In this document: positions 49,701-64,000 of the stretch, in pieces
Position numbering within the stretch: position 1 is the stretch's first letter
How the letters are laid out: the number at the start of each line of letters is the position of its first letter
Source of the DNA: Balanoglossus misakiensis
Lineage: Eukaryota; Animalia; Hemichordata
NCBI GenBank assembly: GCA_040954595.2
Contig: CM082591.2
Span: 2,503,258-2,567,257, forward strand
DNA length: 64,000 bases
Reading direction: 5' to 3'
Translations under genes and position numbers: made by a program
Notes under the pieces: generated by a model
Seen by the model: the letters and a program-made list of their open reading frames with translations, nothing else
Databases searched by the model: none
Told to the model about the DNA's origin: nothing

Positions 49701-52700
49701 AATAGCCTGGCAATGTTTGCCTTTGGGTTATGATACAGGGCACGGTGGCAATTGAAATTTATAGGGCGACTAGTGACTAACTTTGTGTACGGAGCGCACA
49801 ATAGTTGTGCAGGTTTTCAACCGGTTGATGGCTTTGCGGTTAGATAAGTACAGTCGCGTTTCAATACAAGTGAAAAAAATGACAAAAAGCGATTTTTGCA
49901 CTAACGGAAAAAACAGCAACGCGCCATTTTTGATAATATAGTTCCAAAAAGCTTTGATTTGTATTTGATTTCACGTTGAGCTTATATATTTTTAGTTTTA
50001 ATGGGTAACAGCCGAGTGCTATATTAAGCAAAACTGGACGGAAGGTCGATTGATAAATATCGCGATTATTTTCGCTGGTTCTCCACAGGTATTTCATGAT
50101 ATCTATTTTCGGTGACAGGTTATTTCAGTTTTATAATACGTGTATCACAATCGGGTAATAAAACCGTTACACACAGAAAATCTGTCAGCTGGCGTTTTTA
50201 GATCCATCTGGGAAGAGATATTCTCGTCTTTCGAAACTGTCAGGCCACAAAAGAAGGATTGGAGGTATTATGTAGCTCGCTGTAGAATAAATCTGGACGT
50301 TTTTTTATAGTGTATATAAAAAGCACCCTCTTTTATCGACGATTTGGCGCCATACGTCACATGTACATCCATGTGCCATGTGGGCTGGCGGATCTCGATA
50401 TAGAACCCATCTTTACTCGTTCTTAAAAGGAAATTTGTCATATGTTTGTCGTAGCGCCCGGGATCATACGGTCCGGAATTCGGGGGAGGGATATATATCA
50501 ACTGCGCGAACGAGTTGATGATTTTGACATATTGTTAGAGATGCAATTCCTTTTGTGATATAGCAGCAATTGGAGAAAATAAGAGAAAAACACTTAGGAC
50601 GCGAGAAGCGGAAATTTCACCCGATGCAGCTCGATAGGTGGCCACCTAAACTCGAAATGGAGATAGCTTAGCAGTCGTCGAAATGGCAGCTCCGCGCTTT
50701 GATACAGCGCGCGGCGGAGCGACAGAAAAATTGCGTGTTTCTACTCGAGTGCTTTGAGTGGCTATACAATCCGACATACCTTTTCATTGTAATAGACATT
50801 CTAACGCGCTCATTTCACCCGTCAATTTCACAGCATCAGAGAGCGCGGACTCGAACCCTATTATTCAAACTAGATTCATAAAAAATCACACAACATGTTT
50901 ATTTCCAAGTGAAAACGCAACCCCGTAATTTCGCCCCTTTCCGATTGGTTGAGTTTCACGACACTGACACCATCGCGCCTGTGACAGGTTTAGATGACGT
51001 CTCGCCGTATAGTTGTCCGTGACTTGCGAAGCAAGCAGCGACAATATAAAAAGAGATAGAAAGGGCGAGGTGCCCAGACTTTTTGTGATTATTCTCAGGG
51101 AATAATGACACTGTATAAGCCCCATTTCTTAAGGTAATAAGCGGAATGGCTGTATCATCATTTTCTACACACACTGATATAATATACACTACATGCATGA
51201 TTAAATGCTCCCTTTGTTATAGGTAGACATACATGCACCGAGAATTGCTTTCACTTCAAGGAAATTCCTCTTCCGATAATAACGATAATTAATTAAACCA
51301 AGAGAGCTGTGTCGTTAGCTTTAATTAACACGTGCTTTTATTTCCAAGTGACTAGTATTGCCGACGTGTAAGCGATCTAATGGACCGTTTAGCACCCCCG
51401 ACTGTTCTTCAAAGCACGGTGGCGTAGAAGCAGAAATCTACTTGTCTAGGGTTGATTTGAGAAGTCGGTGGATAGAAAGTTGCCATAACAGACATGTTTA
51501 TACCCGATTGTGAGGGAGAGAGAGAGAGAGAGAGGGGGGGGGGTTAAGTTAAATACGACCAGTTTTTACCAGTTTTTAGATTTTCTTACTTTGACATTGG
51601 CTATGCTCGCCGTTTGACCTTCCTAAAACCACTTGACTCGCAATCGCTGGCATCACGCTTTTTTAGCTTTGCCGACACTTCCCCGCTGTAAACCCCCCAA
51701 GGCCTGTATCCTTTGTGAAGACACAAAACGGTCAGAACTGACTATAAACCGGCCACACGGTACGTGACTCTAACAAAACCCTCGAGACACAGTCTAGAAA
51801 ACAAGAAAATTTCTTCCTTTTTGGTCAATTAATCTAGTTATGGGGCGTCAACGCCGTTGCCAAGGTATTTTAATAGTGGCTAAAAGTCGACATGTCAGCA
51901 GACTCAGAACTAGACACGTGTTTTTCGAGATAGGTGAAATGCCAATCGGTCGCTAAATACGAGGCTTTCCTTTTGCCACGAATCAGTTAATGTGAAATTA
52001 ACCATGTATCTTTGAAATAGACATAAACGTTATACTTTACGGAGTATATATATACATACGTACATACATACATACATACACGCATAGCTATAGTATGGTC
52101 GATTTCCCCCCAGTCATTACATGGTAAAGATAATGACCACTAGGTGAGAAAAATAGGAAGGGGAGACGTTCGATACTAACGCCAATGGCGGCAATAATGG
52201 CCGTGGTGGTAGTTTAATGACATAGCTTTTATGGCCCTGTAATCGATTGTGTTAATTGCGAAGGAGGGAACCAGGCAAAGTATGTGTACATATCAACCAT
52301 GATTTATCGCTTGGATGCTGCAGCAGCGGCGGTGGCTGACACCTCTCAGCTCGCCTGACTGTCAGCCCGCCCGAGCGATGATCCCAAACACCGGGAGATA
52401 ATTACACAACACGTAATGGACAATCACGAGAAACAAACGCAACCTGTCAGTGACTTTTTTGAACACACTATAATAATCAGATCAATGTAATGGAAAAATA
52501 CACCCCGAAGAAAAGGCGGCTAAAAAGCCCTCTTTTCTCGCTATCTCTTTACTTCATCCGCCGCCTGATTATCATATGTAAAAATCCACAGATCGATACA
52601 CTATTACCCATAACCTTATCTACAGCATTCCACTGACCCCCCGTAGAATAAAAAAAATCGCCAGCATTCAATTTACAACTCTTTTCAATTCTACTCAGGC

Positions 52701-55700
52701 TTTTTTTAGTTTTTTAAAGTGTTGGTTAATTGTACATAGGTCCGAGAAGGCCTGGACCACTCAGAGCCCATTGCTGGGTATTGTATGGTCCTTCCGAAGA
52801 CTTTGCATCATTGAACGGACCGGACAATAGGCGGCGACAAGCCGGCGCCTCTGACTCTTCTATTGAATATTTTATACAGATCGAAAGCTTAAAGATCCCG
52901 GCCTGCCAAAAAAGGGGGTCTACTTTAAGCACAATGGGCCAAAATGGCTTGGGGTTTTCTTCTCTCTCTTTAATAGCGGTTTGAAAAAAGGCGTAAATCT
53001 CTCCAAAATGAGACGCATTCTCAAAGAAAATCCCGCTTGTAAAGTGCTAAAGTTGTACGCTTTCGATTTATCGCCGAGCGCCGTCAATAGAACGGTATGA
53101 AAGGTGGCGAAGGAGACAAATTTGGATTTATCCGCACGCTGACTCCAGCCGAGACTCAATCAAAGTCAGGTCTGCGGTATTGTTATGGGTGTCACATGCA
53201 CACATAAGCCCTACAGAGTCACAGAACGAACACCAGTCCACTTTTTTCGTATTTTTCTGCGTTTTTATCCTTCCTATGTTACCTATTTCACTGAGGAAAC
53301 GACCAAGTGACCTACGTATGAGGGGGACGGAGCGAGAGAGAGAGAATGGTGGGGTAAAAGTTAGAGGCTAAGAAGGCAAGGAATTCAGAAGAGCGCCTGA
53401 GGCCCGTTCGATGATATTTTTACATGCTCTAGCCTAAAATTTGTGTCTTGGAAGACCGCTGTCAGTTGATATCATCCGCTGCCACGGAATTCTAAAAAAA
53501 GAGGGGGTGCTAATTGAATCATAGGTGATGTCCCGAACACCCAGATCTGAACCCGTGCGGTTGGGTGACTGCTTTATTGCCAGTTGCGGGCGTGGAACAG
53601 CTGTACAGAGAAAAGTGGCGACCCGCTGTGCTCTTCTTCGCCCGAATAACCGTCTCTTAAAGAAGCGCTATTGATATTACTACTTTATTGTTGCCAGTTT
53701 CTTCACAGCATTCAATCACTTAAAGGTAAACCCCAAGCAACACCCGCTGACCTAAAACGAGCAGACGACTATGAGCATGCACGACAGCTACTTTTCCCGC
53801 CAAAAACATAATGGCCGAGACTGCCACATTTTCACCGAAATGAGCAACATAATTCAATGCGACATTTTGCCGACAAGTTCCCGCCAACAATTTCGACAAA
53901 AGAACATCTACCCGTGAAAATCTAAGCACGATAGACTGCATTTACCACAAAATGGAGGAATTGACTACACTCTCAGACAACAAATACTTGTATGCGATAC
54001 GTTTACTTGAAGCGTGCAGCCGATACAAATCTCGACAACGAGCTGTCGTTCAGGTTCCCGGCTATCGGCCAATTTATCATCATTGAAATCCATAATGCAT
54101 ACTTTCACACCGGCGGCGGTTATTTTTAATATTTAGAAGAAACGAAAATCGGTTTTATTAGTCGAGAAAGACAGCAACGCTGTGTATCATACTTCTGCTA
54201 AGTAATGATAGGTTTTGAGCAATAAGGATAACTTTTAATTAATAGGAGGTATTTTCTAATCTATCGTTTACTAAAAGTATCTCTCTTTTGGGAGACAGTC
54301 TATGATGAATTACCAAAATTGACGTCATTCCCGCATGCGCACTGGGGCACACGGACGACGTTATTTTTCTCCAGTATGTTATTTTCTGTAACTTGTTTCA
54401 CCCCGCGCATTTTCACTTTAATCTGGGGTACAATCAATTTTTTTCAAAATTCTTCTTAAAATTCAAATCTCTGGACGCAATCCGCTGGACATGAAGACAC
54501 TAATATCCGAGTATAATGCTTTTCGAATAGAAATTGAGTAATAAGCAAATAGATTCGGGAAATCGAGTTCTGACGGCGCGATGATGGCAGAGGACGGGGG
54601 CCGAGATGCAGGCAAACTTAATTTAGGGCTCCGTAAGTGGGCAGGAAATTTGGATGGAATTAGTCGAACAATCAAATAATCGTTGTGGCATTATGGCGGT
54701 GCCTTTTTAATTATAATCACATCATATCGTTGCCATTTTCATTAAAGATTGGGTTCACCTTCGTTGGGATTTTTTTTCTCGCCAATCTCTCGGAATCCCG
54801 CGCCCGCGCCTTTAACGCTTCTTTTCCCGCGTTATTAATCCACAAACATTATGGCTCATCCCGCTCTTGTCGTTTCCCCCACACGAGATCACAAACAATA
54901 AAAAGCAAATCACCCTTCACTATTTAGCACTTCGGGCGTTAACCCATTCAGACATGTCACGGGAGTCTTTCTTGGTTGTCTCTCCCTCCCTCCCATCCTC
55001 TACCCCTTTCTCTATCTCGTTCACCTCTCTTTCAAGCACCACCCCCCACCCTCTCTCTCCCCCCTCTCACCGAAGTGAACACGGCACTCACAGCTAATAC
55101 ACTCTTGCGCATTATTAAGCGAAATGAACAAAAATGGAAAAATATCGTGTGAAAAACAGGGATTATCACACCATCGCGCATCAAAGTTAGCCTCCGGTTA
55201 GATTAAAATCCACACGTTGCGAGGCATTTTGAGTCAAAACTTTGCATCATTATTGTCTGTCGATATTAATGATAAATCCTTGTTTGGGGTAAATTCCCTG
55301 CTCTCGGGCCAAGCTTTGAACTCAATGCAAAACGAGAAAAATCCGCGCACAATAAATATAATAAATTCCTCTCAGTCGACTCGATGAAATGAACACTGCC
55401 TTGTCGATTACCATGCAATGTTATCGGTGATATTGATCAGTTGATTGAAATTTTATCTTCATTATCAGATTAACCACATTTTTCGGATCGAGTGTTTTAG
55501 ACAATGTTTAATTTTTAGAACTTTGAGGTGTTTGAAGTTTTGCCAAGATTAGAAGAAAAATATCGTTTATATCAGTCGCAATTATGTCTTGAAAAAATAT
55601 CATACTTTCACCCATTGTCTTCGAAAAGAACTTTGATAACTTATTAAGGCAATCGATACTGATATGGTCGTTATGAGCAAGTTAAGTGAGAATTAATATA

Positions 55701-58632
55701 TTTTCAATACATTTTGCTTAGTTTTTCTTAATTCTTGAACAAGTCTTTCACGGCGAACAACCCTGGATCAGTATTGCTAACTACTCAATTACTCAACTCC
55801 TTACGCGAAGCTGTCAATTTTCCAAAAATATCGGCCACACTTGTGCATTCTGATCACGTCTGAACCAAGTCATATAAATATTTATCGTATTAATTCACAA
55901 ACTAATTGTACAATTGTAAGGTAAATATTTAGCGTATCGCGGGCGGAGGGGAAAAAATAAACAGCGCACGGCGATCCCTACAAAAAGGGCACATCTTTCT
56001 CGTGTGTGGTAGATAGGATATTGTGTTTTGTGTTTGAGTTGGATTTCGGCGTATTGGTTGGCGCGGCGGTTCTTAATAAAGTCGGCCAGCCTGGCAGAGA
56101 ATATGCCAGCCGCCTGCGCTAAGAGCAGGATTGTCATGTATCCCCTATGATAGCGCTATCGCATATTAACAACGTCGAGCGGTTTGCCCAAACTGAATAA
56201 ATCTGTTTGCCTATCGTAACACAAAGAACATGAGAGTGATATTGCCGCCCGTGCTTGTAATTATTTGACAAATAAGGGGTCGACGGATTTCCCCTTATTC
56301 TGCCTGGCTTAATAGGCGGGCGCGTTTCCCGGTCCCGCTGTCAGCGAAAAGCCAATATAAGCGCGCGATTTCGAAAGGCGAGGTAATTATGGAAAATGGC
56401 TCAAAATCAGGTTTTCGGCACGTCTGACCAGCTTACAATCGAAACACGGATAATTGTCGCGCGGAGATTTTAATATGTCTTCGGCAACAATGGTTCTAGT
56501 ACGGCTATGTGTCTGTGCGGAAAAGAACAGACTGACGGAGAGAGGGGACCAATATTTGTGTGTCCAGATTTAATACACACAAACCCCAACCGCACCAAAT
56601 ACTCGGCGCACTACAACCAACGTGGCGCTGTTTTCAATCAATAAACGAACTGGAATTGACCGACAAAGCAAAGGGCAACCCGAAACGTTTGCCAGGCGCC
56701 CTCCCAGAAGACACGTCACTTAAAAGGAACTAGAGTGGGTTTTTGACTTCTGGAAAGTGAGCAATTTATTTGTGTGTATTCGTAGACTGAGAGCTCAGTT
56801 CGTGTTCACTCAAATTTCGCACAGAGACCGTGATGCATACACCCAGCAGCAAAAGCACGCAGTCACGCACAATCTGACATGGAGTTTAACTGAATATTAT
56901 TACAGAAAAAAATGATGTTCACACTCCCGGGGGAGAGACTTGTATCAAACAACAATATTTGAAGCAGTATTAATAACACCCAGAATTGTCAATTGCTCGT
57001 TGTTTTCCATTCTCACCATATTTTCGCGATTCTTTGATACCGCTGACTGCATTTAAAACGATATCAATAAAAGAGGGGCGCGCGAGACTTCAAATCATGT
57101 GACTCCTCCAGTTAATGTAGAATTTTTTAATAAAAAGCGATTTTTCACACTTTACGATGGAAATTGAGTATTTCCTGCGATAGACTGAAAATAATGTGGG
57201 CCTATCGGACAGAATGGTGACAACAATGCACTATTGCTGATGCCATATTGCCTTCGCCAGTGAAATTTCGCAGCGCGATGAGCAAGTTTTGAGCGTGTGA
57301 CGTCATGCAAGCAAAGCAACATGGCAGACGCGCGGGAGAAATCAACGCGGCAGTAGCGCGCCATTGTTCCAGACCAGTTTCCACTTGGATGCCTGGTTGA
57401 ACATGTTATACCGATCGCGGGGAATCAATCCCAAACTATCATATGGAACATCCTGAAAATTAAGAAGGCCTGGGAGAAAAAAAATCGCGGAGATATTTCT
57501 TCGTGTAATCAAGTGGAAAGGTTTTCCATACTTGTGAAATTAACGAGAGGGAATATTGTCTGTTTATGTATACGGCACGGCACGATACCACGAAAAACCA
57601 AAGAAAAACTTCCACACGCGATGTCTGTGCTAAATTCAACACTCATAAAAATCGCCTTTGTTGTTTGCTGGGTTCAATTAGAAAATTCCCAAAATCAATT
57701 ACGCTATGTCAATTTCGGGGTTTGTCTACGGGTACTTTCGTTTAAAGTCTTATCACTGGAAATGGCACGGTTCGATAGAAGATAGTTTAGAGTGTAACAC
57801 TTCTGCGATGTTTTACCTTCGCTTATGTTTTCAAAACATTTGCAATTACTTTGTTCACAACAAATTCGCTTTTCAACACTTCGCCTGCTTACAAGATCTA
57901 CCATTTATATTTCATTTAATAATTAATAATATTATTATATTCTTTGTTAATTTAGAACAGGAGACTATATATATTATTATTTTTAATTTAGAAAGAGAGA
58001 CGGCACTTAAAGAGAAAAAAGTTATGCCTGAATATTGTTCATTTTCATGAAGTGTGACTGATCAATTTAAATCTTGTATGTTATCAGGTTCTAGGGAAAC
58101 TATCACGCCTTCGACGTGAGAAAAACATTTGCTTTGGGCGTGTTATGTCAACCATGAAGGAATCTAGGGTCGGGTTAGCTTCCATCGAATATGATGTCAA
58201 AACATATAACGTTGTCAAAAATTTATTAACTTTACATCAAGTCTTTGAGTGCTGTTCATATTCGTTCAATAACATGCAATATAGTCGCCTGGCCGGCTTC
58301 TGGTAGAGTTGACAGCGCGTTTTCGCCCGCTGCGCATGCGTCGGCGGATATCAAAGGGCCGCCGGTTTGCTCTTGCCCACCGCCAATTTGCGCTCTCTGT
58401 TACTGCGAAAACATACGGTGGAATGTTTGCTATAACGGTGCAACTCGCAAACTGAAATGCCTGGGAGAATTCCTGGGGTTCATCGGTACTTCTTTACTCT
58501 TATGAAACGTCTAGACAGGCTGCGATATGACTTCATCATTAATATACAATTAAGATGCTCATGAACTTGACGAGGCCTGGGCGGGACCAAGGATTGACTT
58601 GGGTCTTTTGGGGGGGATGAACAATGCAAATT

Positions 58633-58704
58633 AGAGAGACAGACAGACAGACGAACAGGGGAGAGAGGGAGAGAGAGTGAGAGAGAGAGAGAAGGAGAGA
58701 GAGA
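58633..58704. repeat. (GACA)n-(GA)n purine-rich tract
   Basis: Read directly. Confidence 0.85.
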
Positions 58705-61640
58705 TTAACTTGAACCGGGGCGATTTCTGTTCACATTAGCCTACTTTTAGACTCGTGTTCACACACAGCTGTTCTGCTTTCGACTTTATTAAAATGTCAT
58801 GCCTTCAAACAACACGACAATTTCACACATTCGTACTGCCTCCAGCTACAAACTTGAGACGTCATCTTCAGTTACCCCGATGAGCATCACAAACCCCGGC
58901 GCCGCAACATTTTTGGGATAGCGAAAATTTCCAATTTAAGCGAAGTTGCTAAAAGGAGACGGGGTTGGCGACGAGTGGGGGCAACGTGCCCGGCGGCCAT
59001 AGACAACTTTCATAACTTTGAGGGGTTTTAATAATCGGGTCGTGACATTTCGATTCAGTTTTAATATGTCAATGTTATTCAAATATCTGCAAAACACCTT
59101 ACAAACTTTTTCACTTAGGCGTGTTTTAGTGGGTAGAACAAGAAATATAGTAGTTGCTGAATTAAAATAATAGTGAAATAAATATAAATAATTATAGCTA
59201 TGATGTCCCTTTAAAATTAATAAAATGAAACTGAACTAAGGAGTTGACATACCATCGAGATAGCCAAGTAACTGAAATGCTGTTATGTAAACACTCCCCC
59301 TTGTGGTTTTCGTATGGACTGGTATTTGTGGGTAAAATTGTCCAAATAACGCAAGGGTTTCGAGATGGACGCCAAGTATTTCACTTTCAAAGAAAACCGT
59401 CGCTGGATTCACTCAAGGAATGTATCATTTATTATCGAATTTTCGGTGCTTTGCGGGTATTTGAATATCGAGTCTCTAAACTGCGGTATTGTCGAAATGT
59501 GTAAATTTCGAAGGTTCACTAGGGACGGGGGAGAGTGGGGAGGGGTGAGAGAGAGTCAGAGAGAGAGAGAGAGAAACGACAGACGAGTAAATCTGAAATG
59601 TGGAGTTCAGATTTCGTGAAGTACGATATAACATCATTTGGATTACATTAAGTACGTGGTTTTCCACTAAGGTGTGTTTGTAAGCTGAGTTTTCTTTTCT
59701 GCGAAAATCTCGTTTCTCGCTGTCGTTTTATGAGACCACGCTGACGAGGTTTTGTCGCACGAATTACAGCCTCGCGACCATCACTATGACGTCACCAAAC
59801 GTAACAACTTGGCTCACACGGCAAACTGAATCTCCTCAAATCGCATAAGGATGAAAAAAGGAGTCTGACTGATACTTTGTTCAAAAAACATGAAACTTTT
59901 TTTTCTCAAAGAAAACCTGGTCTGCCCGTACCTAGTCAAATCACACCACAGTAATTACCCCATTTATATTCATACGGCTATATTTCTTATATTTCGTTTT
60001 GCCTAAGCTTGGCATAACATTTGAATTCATTCTACATGTTCAATCGACTTTAATCCGGGAAAAACCAATTTCATTCATACTTATTTTAATCACTTTGTGC
60101 ATTTTCCATTCAAAGCCGACCAACTTTATAAGTTTCTAAACCGATTTCGGCGAGCCTGAAATGCACTGGCCGCGTTTGCAGTTATTGGAAACGCCGCTAT
60201 CCCCTTTCATAGGAAATAAACCTGCAAGCTACCGCTGGCTAGACCTTAGAGAAGACTGTGGATAATTCGCGCATAGACCGGGTGAATATTTAGACAGTCA
60301 TCAGTTCGCTCACATAGAAAACCCAATAATTCAATGAAAAAGTGATTACACGCAAAAAGAAACTGAGAAAGCCGTTGTAAAGCTACTTAAAGTTTAGAGA
60401 AATGCCTTTTTCCCTGATTGAGTGAGGTTGCTGTAGGGTTGTGGGGAAGTCAAAAACGGTGTACAGGTCAGTGTGAGTCTTGGCGAGTGGGGTTTTTTGC
60501 AAGGCGCTGGTTGTTTTGGGGGGGCGGTCGGAGAGGGAAATGCCCACCGGGACAAAGGGGGACCATTAGCACCAGTGGTGGTGTTCTGTCGACTGGTGGT
60601 TGGCTAGTCGATGGACGCGTAAGGGCGCTGCAACGGCGGTGACTATCTATTTCCTAACATCCAACAGCGATAAACACACGAATCAACCTCAATGTGACTC
60701 ACAATAACCACGTGGATGCCATCCGAAAGGATAAAGTTGGATTTCGGAGAGGATGAATTAATTCGCGCCTTCTTTAAAATTAATTAGCAGATCTCATTAG
60801 TCGCTGACATGCTCACGTTCAATTATAATCAACCTAACCGTATGAACCAGATGTGTGATTTGCATAATCAACAATTTTGTCTTTTTGTTCTTTCGTCCGT
60901 GAGTGTAACTCCTTTTGTTTGGTTCTTTAGATTCTTGTTCTCAGATTTTAAAACCAAAATCGGAGCTATCTTCGGATTTTGGAATCCTATCATGTACCTG
61001 ACACGATTTTAAAACAAAGGGTGTTATCATCCTTTGATGATCGCGTCATACTTTGATCTCTAAAGAGCACGTTCGTTCGCTGAATCCGGTACTGGGTTGC
61101 AATTTAGTGAAATGAGTTTGCTCTCTGATGAAATCACAGCTCGCCTAGTTTCTTGTGCCAGATAGTGTACGTATGATGAGACGTTGCACTGAAAATTAGC
61201 GTCATGGCAATCTGAATTGAGCGAGGCGCGTTAGATGAAATGACGCGACTCAATAAATATTCCTCTGGCCTCCGGCTAAGAAATTATCAAGCAATGGATC
61301 GAATTTCCGGAGACATAGTTAATGATCACCAAAAAGGAATACTTAAAAATTTCCACGTTTTATGCTAACGAATTAGCGAGAAAAATCACATTTCTCTGAG
61401 CGGTGATTGCCAAATTTTTCCTTCCGTTGAAATGGACAATTCACCGTGTCGATTTCATTGCGTTTAGTTGCAATTTTCGTCAGCGCCTCGGGGGTTTCTG
61501 GCGAAAAATAGTCAATTTCCATAAAACACGACAACAGGGCTCTCTATTTGTTGAATCTTGAGTCAGACAATCAAAGTTGTGAATATCCGAATTCATTGTG
61601 TATTGTATATTACATTTGTATATTACATAGATAAGATCTC

Positions 61641-61724
61641 CTCCGATTGGTTGGTAGCCCCGGGGCCAGTATGACAGCAAGGGCTGCTCTGATTGGTTGA
61701 TAGCCCCGGGGCACGAGTGACAGC
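61641..61724 (+). promoter_or_regulatory. Tandem-duplicated 38-bp module (ATTGG / GCCCCGGGGC / TGACAG) x2
   Basis: Copies at 61641-61678 and 61687-61724, 32/38 identical, period 46 nt. Confidence 0.55.
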
Positions 61725-63433
61725 CAGCGCAGTCGTTTACAGACTCGTCTAACTAGTGTGAGCAAGGACATGGGGGCACCGCCTTTGCGCTTGTAATGCC
61801 GCTAGAAATTGCGAGCCGGGTTATTTGGCGAAGTTGCCCTTGATTCTTTCTTCATATCCTGATGTGTCAAATTTCTGGCAGGGATAGGAGACAATTTCAA
61901 CCGTACAAGTGATTCACCTGTCTAAATGAGTTTTATTGCACGGGGAGGGTAGAACATCAGGTTCAAGGGTTTACTTTATCTCGCATCTTGCATCGAAGAC
62001 GGCCGCTACTGATTGGATATTTTGGCGGATGAATCAAATCGCTGGCGGCGGGATTTTTTTTCGGTTGCCTACTTACCCACAAGGCCGCGGGGTATAACTA
62101 GCCCCGATGATCAGAAACACGCCGGCTCTCTCACTAATTTGCTCGTGAATGAAAGAAAGCAATTTCAAACGGTGTGTGTGCGCGCGCCAGGATTTCGGCT
62201 ACCCTGCCCCCAACATTGACCTCAGTGGTTCTAATATTTAGTGCCCGCTTGCCCGTGTACAATCGACGGTGAACCGAAAAAAACTACAGGGAAAAAAGCA
62301 GCCGTCCGTTCGTTTCTTTTGATTTTCAACTTTTCGCCTCACAGTCTTCATCGCCAATACACCCTTTTTCTGGAGTTAAAATGGGTCTTTATTGATGAGT
62401 TGTTTATGATTATGTGAAAACACTGTGGGCTGTTTCTTGCCCCGAGGAGAAGGCCCTGGGTACAAAGAGGCATTAGATGCAAATAACACAATTAGACGAT
62501 ATTATGCTCGGTGTATAGGCGGAGATCAGGAGTGTGACGCGGTCTGATAATACATCGAACTTTTAACGTCCACATATGAATAGCACTGGTAGTATGCGAC
62601 CATTGTCCCGCTATAGAAATCGGCAAGTAAAATTGGTAAGGGGGAAACCGGACCAAAGAATGGGTCACTAACGTTTGAGTTTGCCGATTCTGATTCGGAG
62701 CTCGGTTTTTTTTCAGAAATAAAAAAAAATGTCGCCATGAACCCCCACGAGAGTAGCGCTAGGAAGTTTTGACATGTGCCCCGCGCAGCCGTCGAATATC
62801 ATCTCGTGGTTTCTGGCGTCTTTTGCGCGTTTGTGGGTCTGTGGCGTTTTTTGGCCGGGTGCGTCGCTGGTGCGCGCTTAATTAGTTACTGCATGGTCCA
62901 TCACTTCTGGTGTTATTCGGTGCGATACTGAATCATTAGTTTAAACGGGTAAATCACCCCCAAACTAAAGAATATGCTAATTTGTTTGCGCAGGTTCAAA
63001 GCCATAACTACTGGAGTATACACATCTAACTGTGTGATAGTTTCAATAATCGTGCAATTTGTACGAGTTTCTGGGGGAAATAGATGAAAGTTTGCTTTTC
63101 AAAGATACATAAATCTGTGGACTTTGCCATATTGAGTAGGACTGAAACACACGGCCGTATGCTCGACAGCGTTGTGATTCTAGAAATCACACCACGGGAT
63201 GACATGCTTGGCTGAAGTCATTACTTTCACGTGGCTACTCGCGGCAAGTCTAGCTTTTTTCCAAGTTTCAAACAATCAGATCGTCGGCTGGCGGCCATTT
63301 TGTGTGAAATTGACCAATCTCGATTCACCCACAAAGGTGTTAGATAGCATAGCCCGACAGTAAAGGACTCTTATACCAAAATCTGCGAAATGTATATTGT
63401 ATTACTGAGTATTTATAATATGTATAAATATAC

Positions 63434-63578
<145 letters not shown>

Positions 63579-64000
63579 TGCATTGTATATCGTAAGAAAG
63601 TGGGTCAAATGGCACAATTGGCCAACATTAAAACGGTGGTTGCTCTAGGTATTACTTGGCGATACTCTAATATTTAGGACCTCGATTTTCACCGCAGACA
63701 AAAAATCTCTCACGCTCTTTGAGGAGGTCGGTAAGAGGATACCCACATGTTTACGTCACGTCGTGATAATAATACAGGGAGATGGCAGAAACGTCTGAGG
63801 GCATGTCACTGGTCACACGTGCTTCTCAGAATTGAGTTTCAAGTCCGCTAAGTGAGTCAACTGTCGCCTCTTGGCCGTCTTAGATGCTTCGAGTGCATTG
63901 CGACCTTCTTCAAGACTTGTTGGAGACCAACATGACTGTGCACGGCGCTATTACATTGATAAATATCAAATGTCTTGTCAAATTATTGTCTATGGTTCGG

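Noticed and set aside
62975-63010. Acceptor-like gctaatttgtttgcgcag as the next Pax6 exon
   Set aside because: Phase-1 reading stops after GSKP, with no homeodomain-leading sequence. The acceptor-like site near 47736 also runs into a stop.

Overview
Eukaryotic (non-vertebrate metazoan) genomic DNA of roughly 40% GC by eye, with abundant CpG. It holds the 5' half of a large, intron-rich Pax6 gene on the + strand and about 23 kb of upstream non-coding sequence. Firm calls: the paired-box exon (39014-39360), the following paired C-terminus/linker exon (46537-46768), and a start exon encoding MPHK-G (24356-24368) that splices in phase to the paired box across a 14.6 kb intron, with a TATA/Inr promoter and non-coding first exon near 23.7 kb. 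I found no homeobox exon, so the gene continues past 64000. The most interesting signal is an apparent array of alternative promoters, first exons and microexons in the intron before the paired box. Several independently give phase-1 joins and different N-termini (MPHK, MPHKEFP, MIFKSNDK, MITEQ...RRKSQR). There are also candidate routes to paired-only and paired-less isoforms, and clustered motifs (RFX X-boxes, helically phased TAATC sites, full CREs, E2F palindromes, a duplicated CCAAT/AP-2/TGACAG module). Almost all other ORF-track entries look spurious. No prokaryotic system, CRISPR array or RNA gene was seen. The isoform and motif claims are predictions read by eye and need transcript or chromatin data.
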